Shown: positions 1-8,310 of the stretch, piece by piece
Position numbering within the stretch: the stretch's first letter is position 1
How the letters are laid out: each line of letters opens with the position of its first letter
Source of the DNA: Candidatus Poriferisodalis sp.
GTDB taxonomy: Bacteria; Actinomycetota; Acidimicrobiia; Acidimicrobiales; Poriferisodalaceae
Direction: 5' to 3'
Length of the DNA stretch: 64,000 bases
Assembly (NCBI RefSeq): GCF_965219595.1
Contig: NZ_OZ244781.1
Span: 133,429-197,428, forward strand
Position numbers and translations under genes: made by a program
The notes under the pieces: model-generated
Told to the model about the DNA's origin: nothing
Databases searched by the model: none
The model's input: only the letters and a program-made list of their open reading frames with translations

Positions 1-1
1 G

Positions 2-424
2 GACTTTCTCATTGCATCTGACCGCGCCATCTTCGGCATGCCCGAGGTGAGGATCGGTGTGCCGACCATCGTGGGCTCCATGCGGATGCCGCACAAGATC
101 GGCTGGGCGAACGCCATGGAGATCCTGCTGACCGGTGAGAACTTCGACGCCGAGCAAGCGCACGAGATGGGGCTCGCGTGGAAGGTTGTGCCGCACGACA
201 CGCTCATGGACGAAGCTCGCACCCTGGCCGAGCGCCTGTGCCAGGGAGCGCCCCTTGCCGTGCGGGCCGTGAAGGAAGTGGCGTGGCGCAGCCAGCGCAT
301 GGGCTGGACCGAGGCCCTGCGCATGGGCGAGTCGATCCGCAAGATCGTGGGCGACAGCGAAGACGCCAAGGAAGGCGGGCGGGCCTTCGCCGAGAAACGC
401 CCGCCCGAGTGGACGGGCACCTGA
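2..424 (+). CDS. enoyl-CoA hydratase/isomerase (crotonase) family protein, 3' portion (5' end outside window)
   Basis: Frame is open from the window edge. DFLIASDRAIFGMPEVRIGVP...GAPLAVRAVKE...AFAEKRPPEWTG matches the crotonase-fold core and typical C-terminal tail. Confidence 0.85.
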   Translation, partial: DFLIASDRAIFGMPEVRIGVPTIVGSMRMPHKIGWANAMEILLTGENFDAEQAHEMGLAWKVVPHDTLMDEARTLAERLCQGAPLAVRAVKEVAWRSQRMGWTEALRMGESIRKIVGDSEDAKEGGRAFAEKRPPEWTGT

Positions 425-445
425 CTGTCCAACCCCTGAACAGAG

Positions 446-1297
446 CTAGCCGGCCAGGGTGAGTCGAGCCACGAGGTCGGTGCCGAAGCCGGTCAGGATC
501 GCTAGGTAGAGCAGCCCGGTGGCCGCCATGACGGCCGCGTACTGGCGCTCGCGCAGCGCCGCCATGGCCACAGCGGCCAACGCCACGGTGGTGACCGCGC
601 ACGCAATCCAGAACCAGCCCAGCAGCCCGCCGTAGCCGTCGTCAATGCTGCCGGTCAGTACCGCAATCATGCCGGTGGGCAGCAGCAGCAATCCCACCTC
701 GATCGGCCAGATGCCGCCGAGATGGCGCACCAGCTCCCGCAGCGGCTCCCGGCGCAGACCGGGCTGCACGAGATACCAGTGGCCCAGCAGCATCGAGTTG
801 CTCACGACTCCGAGGAACGCAGCGCCGACCACGACACGGGCGAGGTGAAGCGCCGGTGCGATGTCACCGCTCGCGCCGAGCCCTGCAGCGATGACGCCGA
901 CCAGTCCGACAAGAGGCGCCGCGAGGTCCCAGCGCGGGTCGAATCCCTCGATTGTCCTTCTCGGGGAGGAATCAACGGTTGTCCCGCCGTCGCTGCCGGC
1001 ATCTCCGAGTTGCACCTGGAGATCCGCCCCGGGCAGGTTGGGCATTGCCGAACGCACGAGTGTCGCACCGGCGCACAGCGCCATCGCTAGGCAGGCCACG
1101 TCGCGCACGGTGTTCGGCTGGAACACGAATCCGGTGACGGCCGCGACGGCAGCGATCACCGCGTAGAGCGACCGCAGCAGCCATCCGTAGCCGAGCCCTA
1201 CTTCCCGCCGACGCGTGGTCACCCACAGGTACGCCAGCCCCCCAGTGGCCCACTGGCACATCACCGTCGCCACATCCACCGGTGCACCCTCAGCCAT
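446..1297 (-). CDS. hypothetical polytopic membrane protein
   Basis: 283-aa ORF with several hydrophobic helices (LLRSLYAVIAAVAAVTGFVF, LVGLVGVIAAGLGA, GWFWIACAVTTVALAAVAMAAL). No family recognised. Confidence 0.6.
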   Translation of the reverse strand: MAEGAPVDVATVMCQWATGGLAYLWVTTRRREVGLGYGWLLRSLYAVIAAVAAVTGFVFQPNTVRDVACLAMALCAGATLVRSAMPNLPGADLQVQLGDAGSDGGTTVDSSPRRTIEGFDPRWDLAAPLVGLVGVIAAGLGASGDIAPALHLARVVVGAAFLGVVSNSMLLGHWYLVQPGLRREPLRELVRHLGGIWPIEVGLLLLPTGMIAVLTGSIDDGYGGLLGWFWIACAVTTVALAAVAMAALRERQYAAVMAATGLLYLAILTGFGTDLVARLTLAG

Positions 1298-1328
1298 CGC
1301 CGTGCTGCCTCTCGCTGACCGAGGTGCG

Positions 1329-3011
1329 CTAGGCCGGGACGGGACGGGCCCGGGGGCTGAGCTCTACGGCTGCGGCGGATTCGGCGGCGTGATAGCTCGA
1401 ACGGGTCAGCGGGCTCGACTCGACATGGTCGATGCCGAGCGCGGTGCCTGCCTCCCGCCAACGTTCGAAGGACTCGGGCGGCACCCAGCGAGCGACCGGA
1501 ATGTGATGGCTCGTCGGTCGCAGGTACTGGCCGATCGTGACAATGCTCACGCCGACAGCCGCCAGGTCGGCCAGCGTGAGATCGACTTCTGCGTCGTCCT
1601 CGCCCATGCCGACGATGATGCCCGACTTGGTGATGTGTCCCGCCGAGGCGCTGCGCGCCAGCAGAGCGAGGCTGCGGGCGTAGCCCGCCGAGGGCCGTAC
1701 CGCCCGCTGCAACCGGGCGACGGTCTCGATGTTGTGATTCAGAGTGTCGGGGCTCGCATCGAGAACTGTCTGCAGCGAGGAGGCATCGCCGGCGAAGTCG
1801 GGCACCAGCACCTCGACGGTCGTGCCGGGCGACCGATCCCGGATGGCGGCGATGGTCTCGGCGAAGGCAGCGGCCCCGCCGTCGGGAAGATCGTCCCGGG
1901 CCACGGCGGTGACCACCGCATGATCCAGCCCCATTTCGGCCACCGCATCGGCGACGCGGCGGGGCTCGCCGGGATCGAGCGGCGCAGGCTGGCGAGTGTC
2001 CACGAGACAGAAGCCGCATGCACGCGTGCACCGCTCGCCGTTGAGCATGAACGTGGCCGTGCCTGCCCCCCAGCACTCGAAGATGTTCGGGCAGCCGGCT
2101 TCCTCGCACACCGTCACCAGCTCGTGCTGTCGCATCACCCGGCGCAGCCGGAGATAGCCGTCGTTCAGGTCCATCCCGGCACGCAGCCACGACGGCTTCC
2201 GCTCGCCGAGACCCAATCCGCCGTCTACCCCAGCTTCGGCCAAGCGCGCTCTGCTACGAGGCGGCGAGACCTCGACCGGTCTGGAGGGTTGCCCTGGACC
2301 CTGGCCCCGGCTGAATGCACTGAGGTCGGAAGGGCGGTGGCGCCACGCCACGTCTGCGCGCTCGCAGCCGGTTGCGCTCCATCTCTCGGCTGCACGCCCG
2401 ACCACGGCGTCGGCCACCTCGCGCATGGTTGCTGCGCAGCCCTCGGCTCGCAACGACGTCGGCCGGAAGTCGCGGATGCCGCACGGGATGATCCGTTCGA
2501 ACCACGACAGATCCGTCTCGACGTTCAGCGCGAAGCCGTGCATCGTGCGGCCGCGGCTCAGGCGCACGCCGATGGCGGCAATCTTGCGCGGTGTGCCCTC
2601 GAGATCCAGCCACACCCCCGGATACCCGCGGAAACGGCCGCAGCCGGGCAGCCCCAGGTCGGCCAGCGCATCGATGAGCACCTGTTCCAGATCGCACACG
2701 TACGCCGAAGTCTCCGCCAATCCCCCGCCGCGGCGACCGGGCAGCGTCAGGATCGGGTAGCCGACGAGCTGGCCGGGACCGTGGTAGGTGAAGTCGCCGC
2801 CGCGGTCGATGCGGACGCAGTCGGCGCCAACGTCGCCGGGATCGACGAGCAGGTTGGCCTCGTCTGCGCTCGGGCCCGCAGTGAAGACGTGGTGGTGTTC
2901 GAGCAGCAGCAGGTAGTTCTCCGCGCTGTGCGCCCACAGGCGCCGCTGCAAGTCGAGCGCTTCGCGGAAGCCGACCCTCCCGAGCCAGCGCACCTGCAGC
3001 ACGGAGCGCAC
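1329..3011 (-). CDS. lipB-lipA: fused octanoyltransferase LipB / lipoyl synthase LipA in one 560-aa reading frame
   Basis: GTG at 3011 lies 2 nt after the E2 stop. The N-half has LipB signatures (HHHVFTAGP, RGGDFTYHGPGQLVGYPIL, KIAAIGVR..TMHGFALN). The C-half has LipA radical-SAM signatures (CEEAGCPNIFECW, CTRACGFC, SGIIVGMGE, TIGQYLRP). There is no stop codon between the halves. Confidence 0.85.
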   Translation of the reverse strand: MRSVLQVRWLGRVGFREALDLQRRLWAHSAENYLLLLEHHHVFTAGPSADEANLLVDPGDVGADCVRIDRGGDFTYHGPGQLVGYPILTLPGRRGGGLAETSAYVCDLEQVLIDALADLGLPGCGRFRGYPGVWLDLEGTPRKIAAIGVRLSRGRTMHGFALNVETDLSWFERIIPCGIRDFRPTSLRAEGCAATMREVADAVVGRAAERWSATGCERADVAWRHRPSDLSAFSRGQGPGQPSRPVEVSPPRSRARLAEAGVDGGLGLGERKPSWLRAGMDLNDGYLRLRRVMRQHELVTVCEEAGCPNIFECWGAGTATFMLNGERCTRACGFCLVDTRQPAPLDPGEPRRVADAVAEMGLDHAVVTAVARDDLPDGGAAAFAETIAAIRDRSPGTTVEVLVPDFAGDASSLQTVLDASPDTLNHNIETVARLQRAVRPSAGYARSLALLARSASAGHITKSGIIVGMGEDDAEVDLTLADLAAVGVSIVTIGQYLRPTSHHIPVARWVPPESFERWREAGTALGIDHVESSPLTRSSYHAAESAAAVELSPRARPVPA

Positions 3012-3013
3012 AG

Positions 3014-4414
3014 CTAGAACTCCGCTCCCCAGTCGTGCTGTTCGAGCATCTGGCGGATGTGGCCCAGGAACCCTGCGGCGTAGCTGCCGTCGAATGCACG
3101 GTGATCCCAGCCCATCGCCAGGTGGCCCACCGAATGCACCACAATGCTCTCGTTGCCGAACCGGTCCGTGACCACGACTGGGCGCCGGGCCACGCCGTCG
3201 GTGGAGAGCACAGCCACCTGGGGCTGGTTGATGATGGCTGCCGTGGTGTAGGTGCCGAAGGATCCGTTGTTGGAGATGGTGAATGTGCCACCGCTGATGT
3301 CGTCGGGCGTCAGGCGCCGTTCCCGGGCACGCGCCGCGAGCTCGTTCATCGTGCGGGCCACGCCTCGCAGGCTGAACGAGTCGGCGTCTCGCAGCACCGG
3401 CACGATCAGCCCGTCGTAGTCGAGGTCCACGGCGACGCCGATGTTGCGACGACGCCAGATGCGCAGGCCGCCGTCCTCCACCGAGGCGTTCAGCCGTGGC
3501 CATTGGGCCAGGGCGTCAGCGACGGCAACCACGATGAACGGCAGGTAGGTGAGGCTGAATCCCTCCGCAGCCCGCCACGCCTCGCGGTGGGCCCGGCGCA
3601 CCTGCTCCACATTCTCGTAGTCGACCTCGACGACGGTGAGGGCGTGCGGCGACGTGGCCATGGAGTTCACCATGTGCTCGCCGGTTCGGCGGCGGATGTT
3701 GTTGAACGACTCGTAGCGCGAGTCGCCGTCGGTCCATTCAGCCGCAGCAGCGGCGGCGACCGGTGCTGGCACGGGCGGCGGACCGGGCGCCGAAGTGCGT
3801 TCGCCGGCAGCCGGTCTGGCCGGAGACGTCGTGGGGCCCGCACTCGCAGCTGCGGCACGTTGCCGCTCGTCGATGGCGTTGAGCACATCGGACCGGGTGA
3901 TACGACCGCCGACGCCCGTGCCCACGAGGGCGGCAGGGTCGAGGCCATGCTCTCGTACCAGGCGCCGGACGACGGGCGAGAGCAAGTGGCTGCCATGGTC
4001 GGTTGCAGGCCCGTTCGCTGCGCCGTTGGCCCGTCCAGCAGCCGCACTCGCAGCGACAGGTGCAGCGGCGGGCACCGCTGGCGGCTCAGCCGGTGCAGCC
4101 GTCGGAGCGGCAGCCGGTTCTGCTGGCGCGCCACTGGGCACGGGGATTGCCGCATCGGGCGGCGGCGCGACAGCGCCTTCGGGCAGCTCGACGATCGCCA
4201 GCACCGTCCCGACGTCCACGGTCTCGCCCTCGGGGACGCGTATCTCGGTGAGTACCCCCTCCATCGGCGAGGGCACTTCGCTGTCGACCTTGTCGGTCGA
4301 CACCTCGTAGAGCATCTCGCCCACCGAGATCGCATCACCCGGGTTCTTGAACCAGCGAGTGATGGTGCCCTCGGTGACGGTCTCGCCGAGCTGGGGCAGC
4401 ACCAAGTCAGCCAT
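3014..4414 (-). CDS. sucB: dihydrolipoamide acyltransferase, E2 component of a 2-oxoacid dehydrogenase complex
   Basis: Lipoyl domain (LPQLGETVTEGTITRWFK...EVSTDKVDSEVPSP), Ala/Pro linker, E3-binding domain (LSPVVRRLVREHGLDPAALVGTGVGGRITRSDV) and catalytic domain with DHRAFDG. Confidence 0.93.
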   Translation of the reverse strand: MADLVLPQLGETVTEGTITRWFKNPGDAISVGEMLYEVSTDKVDSEVPSPMEGVLTEIRVPEGETVDVGTVLAIVELPEGAVAPPPDAAIPVPSGAPAEPAAAPTAAPAEPPAVPAAAPVAASAAAGRANGAANGPATDHGSHLLSPVVRRLVREHGLDPAALVGTGVGGRITRSDVLNAIDERQRAAAASAGPTTSPARPAAGERTSAPGPPPVPAPVAAAAAAEWTDGDSRYESFNNIRRRTGEHMVNSMATSPHALTVVEVDYENVEQVRRAHREAWRAAEGFSLTYLPFIVVAVADALAQWPRLNASVEDGGLRIWRRRNIGVAVDLDYDGLIVPVLRDADSFSLRGVARTMNELAARARERRLTPDDISGGTFTISNNGSFGTYTTAAIINQPQVAVLSTDGVARRPVVVTDRFGNESIVVHSVGHLAMGWDHRAFDGSYAAGFLGHIRQMLEQHDWGAEF

Positions 4415-4453
4415 ATGGCACCCCAGAACGGCGCACGGCGGCTGCCGCCGAGC

Positions 4454-5917
4454 TCATCCGTGCAGACCTCGCCCGGTGAGCGAGAGCATCGTCTCGCCGA
4501 AGAGCTCTGACAGCGTGGGGTGGGGCTGCACCAGCGCCGCCACTTCGGCGACCGTGGCCTCCCAGTTCACCGCCAGGTAACCCTGACCGAGCTGCTCGGT
4601 GACCCACGGCCCCATCATGTGAACGCCGAGCACGCGCCCGGCAGTGCCGTCGGCCTCGCGCTCGGCCACGATCTTGACGAGGCCCTCGGTGTCGTTGACG
4701 ATCATCGCCCGAGAGTTGCCGGTGAAGCGGTGCTTGGACGTCACCACCTCGTAACCGGCTTCGCGAGCCGTCGCCTCGGTGAGCCCCGCAAACGCCACCT
4801 CGGGATGGCAGTAGATCGCCCAGGGCACGTTCGCGTAGTCGACCGGCGCCGGTTCTTCGCCGAGCATGTCTTTCGTGGCCACGATCGCCTCGGCGAACCC
4901 GACATGGGCGAGCTGCGGCGTATTGATGAGATCGCCGATGGCATAGACGCCGGCCATGGTGGTGCGGCACATCTCGTCGGCCACTACGAAACCCCGCTCG
5001 TCGAGCTTGACCTCGGTGCCGTCGAGGCCGAGATGATCTGCGTACGGTCGGCGTCCCACCGACACCACCACGGCATCGACCTCGAGGGACGCTTCGGTCA
5101 TGTCGCCGTCGCCGGAGCGGGGAGCGATCTCGTACTGCACGGTGGTTCCGCTGCCATCGGGAGTGTGGCCGGTGACCCGGCAGCCGGTCAGCACCGTGAT
5201 CCCCCGCTTGGAGAACGCCCGAGCGAGGGCCTTGGCGATGTCGGCGTCGACGCCGGGGATGATCTGCGGCGCGTATTCGAGGACGGTGACTTCGGCGCCG
5301 AGATCGGCCAGCATCGAAGCGAACTCGCAACCGATGGCGCCCCCGCCGATCACGGCCACACGGCTCGGCACCTCGTCGAGTGCCAAGACCTCGTCGGAGG
5401 TCATCACCAGCGTGCCGTCGCGATCGAATCCCGGCAGCGTGATCGGCACCGAACCCGCTGCGAGGAGCACCTGATCGCCCTGCAGCGTCTGGATGCCGGA
5501 CTCGCCTGCGTCGACCTCGACTGAACGGTCGGCACGCAGCCGTCCCGTGCCCTCGTAGGTCGCGACCTTGCGGCGACGCAGGAGCCCCTTCACCCCGGTC
5601 TCGAGGCCGTCGACGATGCGCTGCTTGCGGCCCTGCGAAACGGCGAAGTCCAGCTCAGGCGGCTCGACATTGACGCCGAATTCGGCGGCCTCGCCGACGG
5701 TGCGCCAGACCGCTGCTGTCTCGAGCAGTTCCTTGGCGGGAATGCAGCCTCGATGCAGGCACGTGCCGCCGAGCCGGTCGCGTTCCACGAGGGCGACGCT
5801 CATGCCTGCGGCGCCGGCGTACAGGGCTGCCCCGTAGCCCGCAGGGCCTCCGCCGATCACCACGAGGTCGTACCGAACCGGGCTGCCTGTCTCGCCGGAG
5901 TTCGTGTCATCTGCCAT
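4454..5917 (-). CDS. lpdA: dihydrolipoyl dehydrogenase (E3)
   Basis: Internal ATG at 5917 gives MADDTNSG..YDLVVIGGGPAGYGAALYAA (FAD fold), GGTCLHRGCIPAK redox disulfide and a C-terminal HPTLSE interface motif. The longer upstream ORF extension is low-complexity. Confidence 0.93.
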   Translation of the reverse strand: MADDTNSGETGSPVRYDLVVIGGGPAGYGAALYAGAAGMSVALVERDRLGGTCLHRGCIPAKELLETAAVWRTVGEAAEFGVNVEPPELDFAVSQGRKQRIVDGLETGVKGLLRRRKVATYEGTGRLRADRSVEVDAGESGIQTLQGDQVLLAAGSVPITLPGFDRDGTLVMTSDEVLALDEVPSRVAVIGGGAIGCEFASMLADLGAEVTVLEYAPQIIPGVDADIAKALARAFSKRGITVLTGCRVTGHTPDGSGTTVQYEIAPRSGDGDMTEASLEVDAVVVSVGRRPYADHLGLDGTEVKLDERGFVVADEMCRTTMAGVYAIGDLINTPQLAHVGFAEAIVATKDMLGEEPAPVDYANVPWAIYCHPEVAFAGLTEATAREAGYEVVTSKHRFTGNSRAMIVNDTEGLVKIVAEREADGTAGRVLGVHMMGPWVTEQLGQGYLAVNWEATVAEVAALVQPHPTLSELFGETMLSLTGRGLHG

Positions 5918-6095
5918 CGCGCGACGAGGGTACGCCGCGTTTCCGACCGGTTCGCACCGCGGCCCCGCAGCATGCACTTCGCCCGAGCACGGCAGTGCTA
6001 CAGCGCGATGAGCACCTGGACTGCGAACGCCATCAGGATGACCATCCCGGTCACGAGTGCCAAAGCAATCAATGCCCGGGTGCTCACCGGGCTGA

Positions 6096-6761
6096 ATGTA
6101 TCCCGCGCTATTGCATCCTGGACCCAGGGATAGGCTCGGCAAGGTGACGCATCCGCGGTACCGAGCGGTCATCGTGCTGCTGGCCGGGCTGGCAGGTCTC
6201 GGCGTTCTGGCCAGCTGCGGGAGCGTTGAGGTCAGCGTGTCCCGGGATACGGCGGCCACGGCATCTGCTGCCGAGGTGCCCACGACCACCTCCGGCGGCA
6301 CCGACACCGGTGCGGCTGTCGAGCCAGCAGCGACGACTGCCCCGGTCACCCAGGAGACCCGGGCCGAGATCCTGCTGCTGGAAGGCGCGCTGCTCGACGG
6401 GCAGCAGTTCGATCTGGCTGCAGCGGCTGGCAACGATGTCCTGCTGTGGTTCTGGGCGCCTTGGTGACCGGCGTGCAATCGTGAAGCGCCTGCGGTCGCA
6501 GCGCTGAAGGCAGAGCACGGCGACAGCTTGGTCCTGGTGGGCGTTCCGGGCGGCGACTCCCAGGATTCCTACCGGAAGTTCGTGGCCAAGCACCAGCTCG
6601 GCGACGTCCCGCAGCTCAGCAACGAGGACGGCGATCTGTGGGACCAGCTCGGCAACAGCTACCAGCCGAGGTGGATGCTGGTGCGGGCCGACGGAAGCAT
6701 CGAGCGCGGCGGCGGCACGCCCCCGCCCGACATCGTTCACGACGCGCTCACGCCCGCCTGA
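6096..6761 (+). CDS. TlpA/ResA-like thiol:disulfide oxidoreductase lipoprotein, predicted selenoprotein (in-frame TGA 6465-6467 read as Sec, motif W-U-P-A-C)
   Basis: ORFs 6096..6467 and 6528..6761 share one frame and are interrupted only by the TGA. Signal peptide plus lipobox LASC; ...DVLLWFWAPW[TGA]PACNREAP...LVLVGVPGGDS...YQPRWMLVRADGSI is a complete thioredoxin-fold TlpA pattern. Alternative start GTG 6144. Confidence 0.7.
6485..6505 (+). promoter_or_regulatory. candidate bacterial SECIS hairpin downstream of TGA 6465
   Basis: A-GCG-C-CUGC[GGUC]GCAG-CGC-U: 8 bp in two helices, one bulged C on the 5' side and a GGUC apical loop about 29 nt after the UGA. Confidence 0.55.
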
Positions 6762-6769
6762 GAACAGCC

Positions 6770-7228
6770 ATGGCCAAGCCGAAGCAGCGGAGCGTGAGTG
6801 TGGAACGGCTCATTGTCGCTCCCGCGGAGAAGATCTTCGCGGTGCTGACCGATCCCGGCCGTCATTGCGAGATCGACGGCTCGGGAACACTGGCTCGCCT
6901 GACCACCAGCGCTGCCCCGCTGACGCTGGGCAGCACGTTCTCGATGCGCATCAAAGTCGGCGTTTCCTACACCGTGAAGAATCGGGTGTTGGAGTTCGAG
7001 GAGAACCGCCTGATCACCTGGGCGCACTGGCAGGGCCAGCGCTGGAGCTACCGGCTCGAACCACAGCCCGACGGCAGCACGCTGGTGCGCGAGACCTTCG
7101 ACTGGTCCACTGCGAAGCTGCCGCGGAGCGTCGAGCTCATCGGAGCTCACAAGAAGAACGTGGCCAACATGGAAAAGACGCTCGAGCGGCTCGCCGCACT
7201 CGTCGAGACCCCCGTCGACGGCGACTAG
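6770..7228 (+). CDS. SRPBCC (START/polyketide cyclase-like) family protein
   Basis: ATG 6770; MAKPKQRSVSVERLIVAPAEKIFAVLTDPGRH...TFDWS. Size (152 aa) and N-terminal pattern are typical of SRPBCC ligand-binding proteins. Confidence 0.75.
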   Translation: MAKPKQRSVSVERLIVAPAEKIFAVLTDPGRHCEIDGSGTLARLTTSAAPLTLGSTFSMRIKVGVSYTVKNRVLEFEENRLITWAHWQGQRWSYRLEPQPDGSTLVRETFDWSTAKLPRSVELIGAHKKNVANMEKTLERLAALVETPVDGD

Positions 7229-8289
7229 TCGCCGGGTTCGATCACCCAGACATCGTCCAGCGCATCCTCCAGGCGCCGGTTCAGATCGCCCAGCGTGCGG
7301 TCGTCAGCGCGGCGAACCAGCACGGCTTCGTCGCAGTTGTGCATGAACCAGGTGTCCCGGCGACGCATCGCCTTGCCGAATGCCTCGGTGTCCGCCGGCA
7401 CGCGGTTCGCGAGCACGAATTCCTGCTCTGCACGCTGGCGCAGCTCTGCAAAGCGCTGGCGTGACGGCCCCGGCCACCGCCGCTCGACGCCCTCGAATGC
7501 CAGCACCACCACATAGGGCACACCGGCCGCGAGCGCAGCCTCAGCACCCAGGGTCTCGGCGCCGAGCCCCAGGCCCGTCGCTACGACGAGATCGGCATGC
7601 AGCTCGCGCTTGGCCGCAATGACGTCGCTCAGCTGCCGGAGCACCTTGCGCGAGACCGGGTTCTCGTTGTAGCCGCCGAGTTCCGGCGGCCGGTGGCCCA
7701 GCACGGCCACCGAGTGACCGGTGATCTCTCGGTTCCCCGACGTCGGTTCGTCGGTGCTCACGGCACCCTTCGCCGGGCGGTTCGGTGTCGAACGCGGGTC
7801 GCTCAGCCGATCGAGCACGTCATCGTCGAACCGGTTGCCGCTCTGGCCGGCACCTGCCCCCGCAGCATGCACAGCCAGCGCGTCGGCAGCGGAGTTCAGC
7901 CGCTGGCCGGCATGACCCTTCACCCACTCGAACGTCACCTCGCTCCGCGCCAGCACGGCCTCGATGAATGGCTCCCACAAATCCCGGTTGGCCACCGGCT
8001 TCTTCGCAGTGTTCAGCCAGTTGCGCCGGTGCCAGCCCTTCCACCACTCGTCGGTGAAGCACTTCACCACGTAGGTGGAGTCGCTGACGATCCGCAGCGG
8101 TCCGTCCAAGTCCTCAACGGCTTGCGCCGCGGCCGCGACCTCCATGCGCTGGTTGGTGGTGGAGGGCTCGAAGCCGCAGGCCCACGGCCCGCCGTCGACC
8201 ACGTAGGCCCAGCCGCCCGGACCTGGATTGCCCAGGCATGACCCGTCGGTGAAGACCTCTCGCGCTGCCGCGTTCGATTTCTGGCTCAT
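7225..8289 (-). CDS. rnhA: RNase HI fused to a C-terminal YpsA/DUF1273-like SLOG domain
   Basis: N-terminal FTDGSCLGNPGPGGWAYV...RMEVAAA...SDSTYV...WVKGHAG is RNase HI. The C-terminal VLGHRPPELGGY...VATGLGLGAETLGAEAALAAGVPYVVVLAFEGVERRW parallels B. subtilis YpsA (ITGYKPFELG...ISGQLGVELWAAEAA...VITPF..W). Confidence 0.8.
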   Translation of the reverse strand: MSQKSNAAAREVFTDGSCLGNPGPGGWAYVVDGGPWACGFEPSTTNQRMEVAAAAQAVEDLDGPLRIVSDSTYVVKCFTDEWWKGWHRRNWLNTAKKPVANRDLWEPFIEAVLARSEVTFEWVKGHAGQRLNSAADALAVHAAGAGAGQSGNRFDDDVLDRLSDPRSTPNRPAKGAVSTDEPTSGNREITGHSVAVLGHRPPELGGYNENPVSRKVLRQLSDVIAAKRELHADLVVATGLGLGAETLGAEAALAAGVPYVVVLAFEGVERRWPGPSRQRFAELRQRAEQEFVLANRVPADTEAFGKAMRRRDTWFMHNCDEAVLVRRADDRTLGDLNRRLEDALDDVWVIEPGD

Positions 8290-8310
8290 CCAAGTGCGAC
8301 ACTAGAACCC

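Noticed and set aside
2200-2330. An independent lipA start inside the LipB-LipA linker.
   Set aside because: Only TTG codons are available in the linker, with no ATG or GTG and no upstream stop to end lipB. The single-frame fusion is the simplest reading. Internal initiation cannot be excluded, but it would not remove the fusion product.
1215-3017. 600-aa plus-strand ORF overlapping lipB-lipA. Similar long shadow ORFs occur at 9505-11133(-), 22739-24349(-), 39918-41096(-), 46834-48801(-), 56022-57479(+) and 61410-62846(+).
   Set aside because: Their composition is Arg/Gly/Pro/His-rich and low-complexity, as is typical of antisense frames in high-GC DNA. In every case the opposite strand encodes a protein with unambiguous family motifs.
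6465-6467. Alternative reading of the TGA codons at 6465 and 45143 as genuine stops, with truncated genes, pseudogenes or sequencing errors.
   Set aside because: Not fully excluded. It is disfavoured because both TGAs fall exactly on the redox Cys/Sec position of their families. The downstream frames continue with the expected fold to a normal stop, and both are followed by hairpins at SECIS-compatible spacing. Two independent cases occur in one window.
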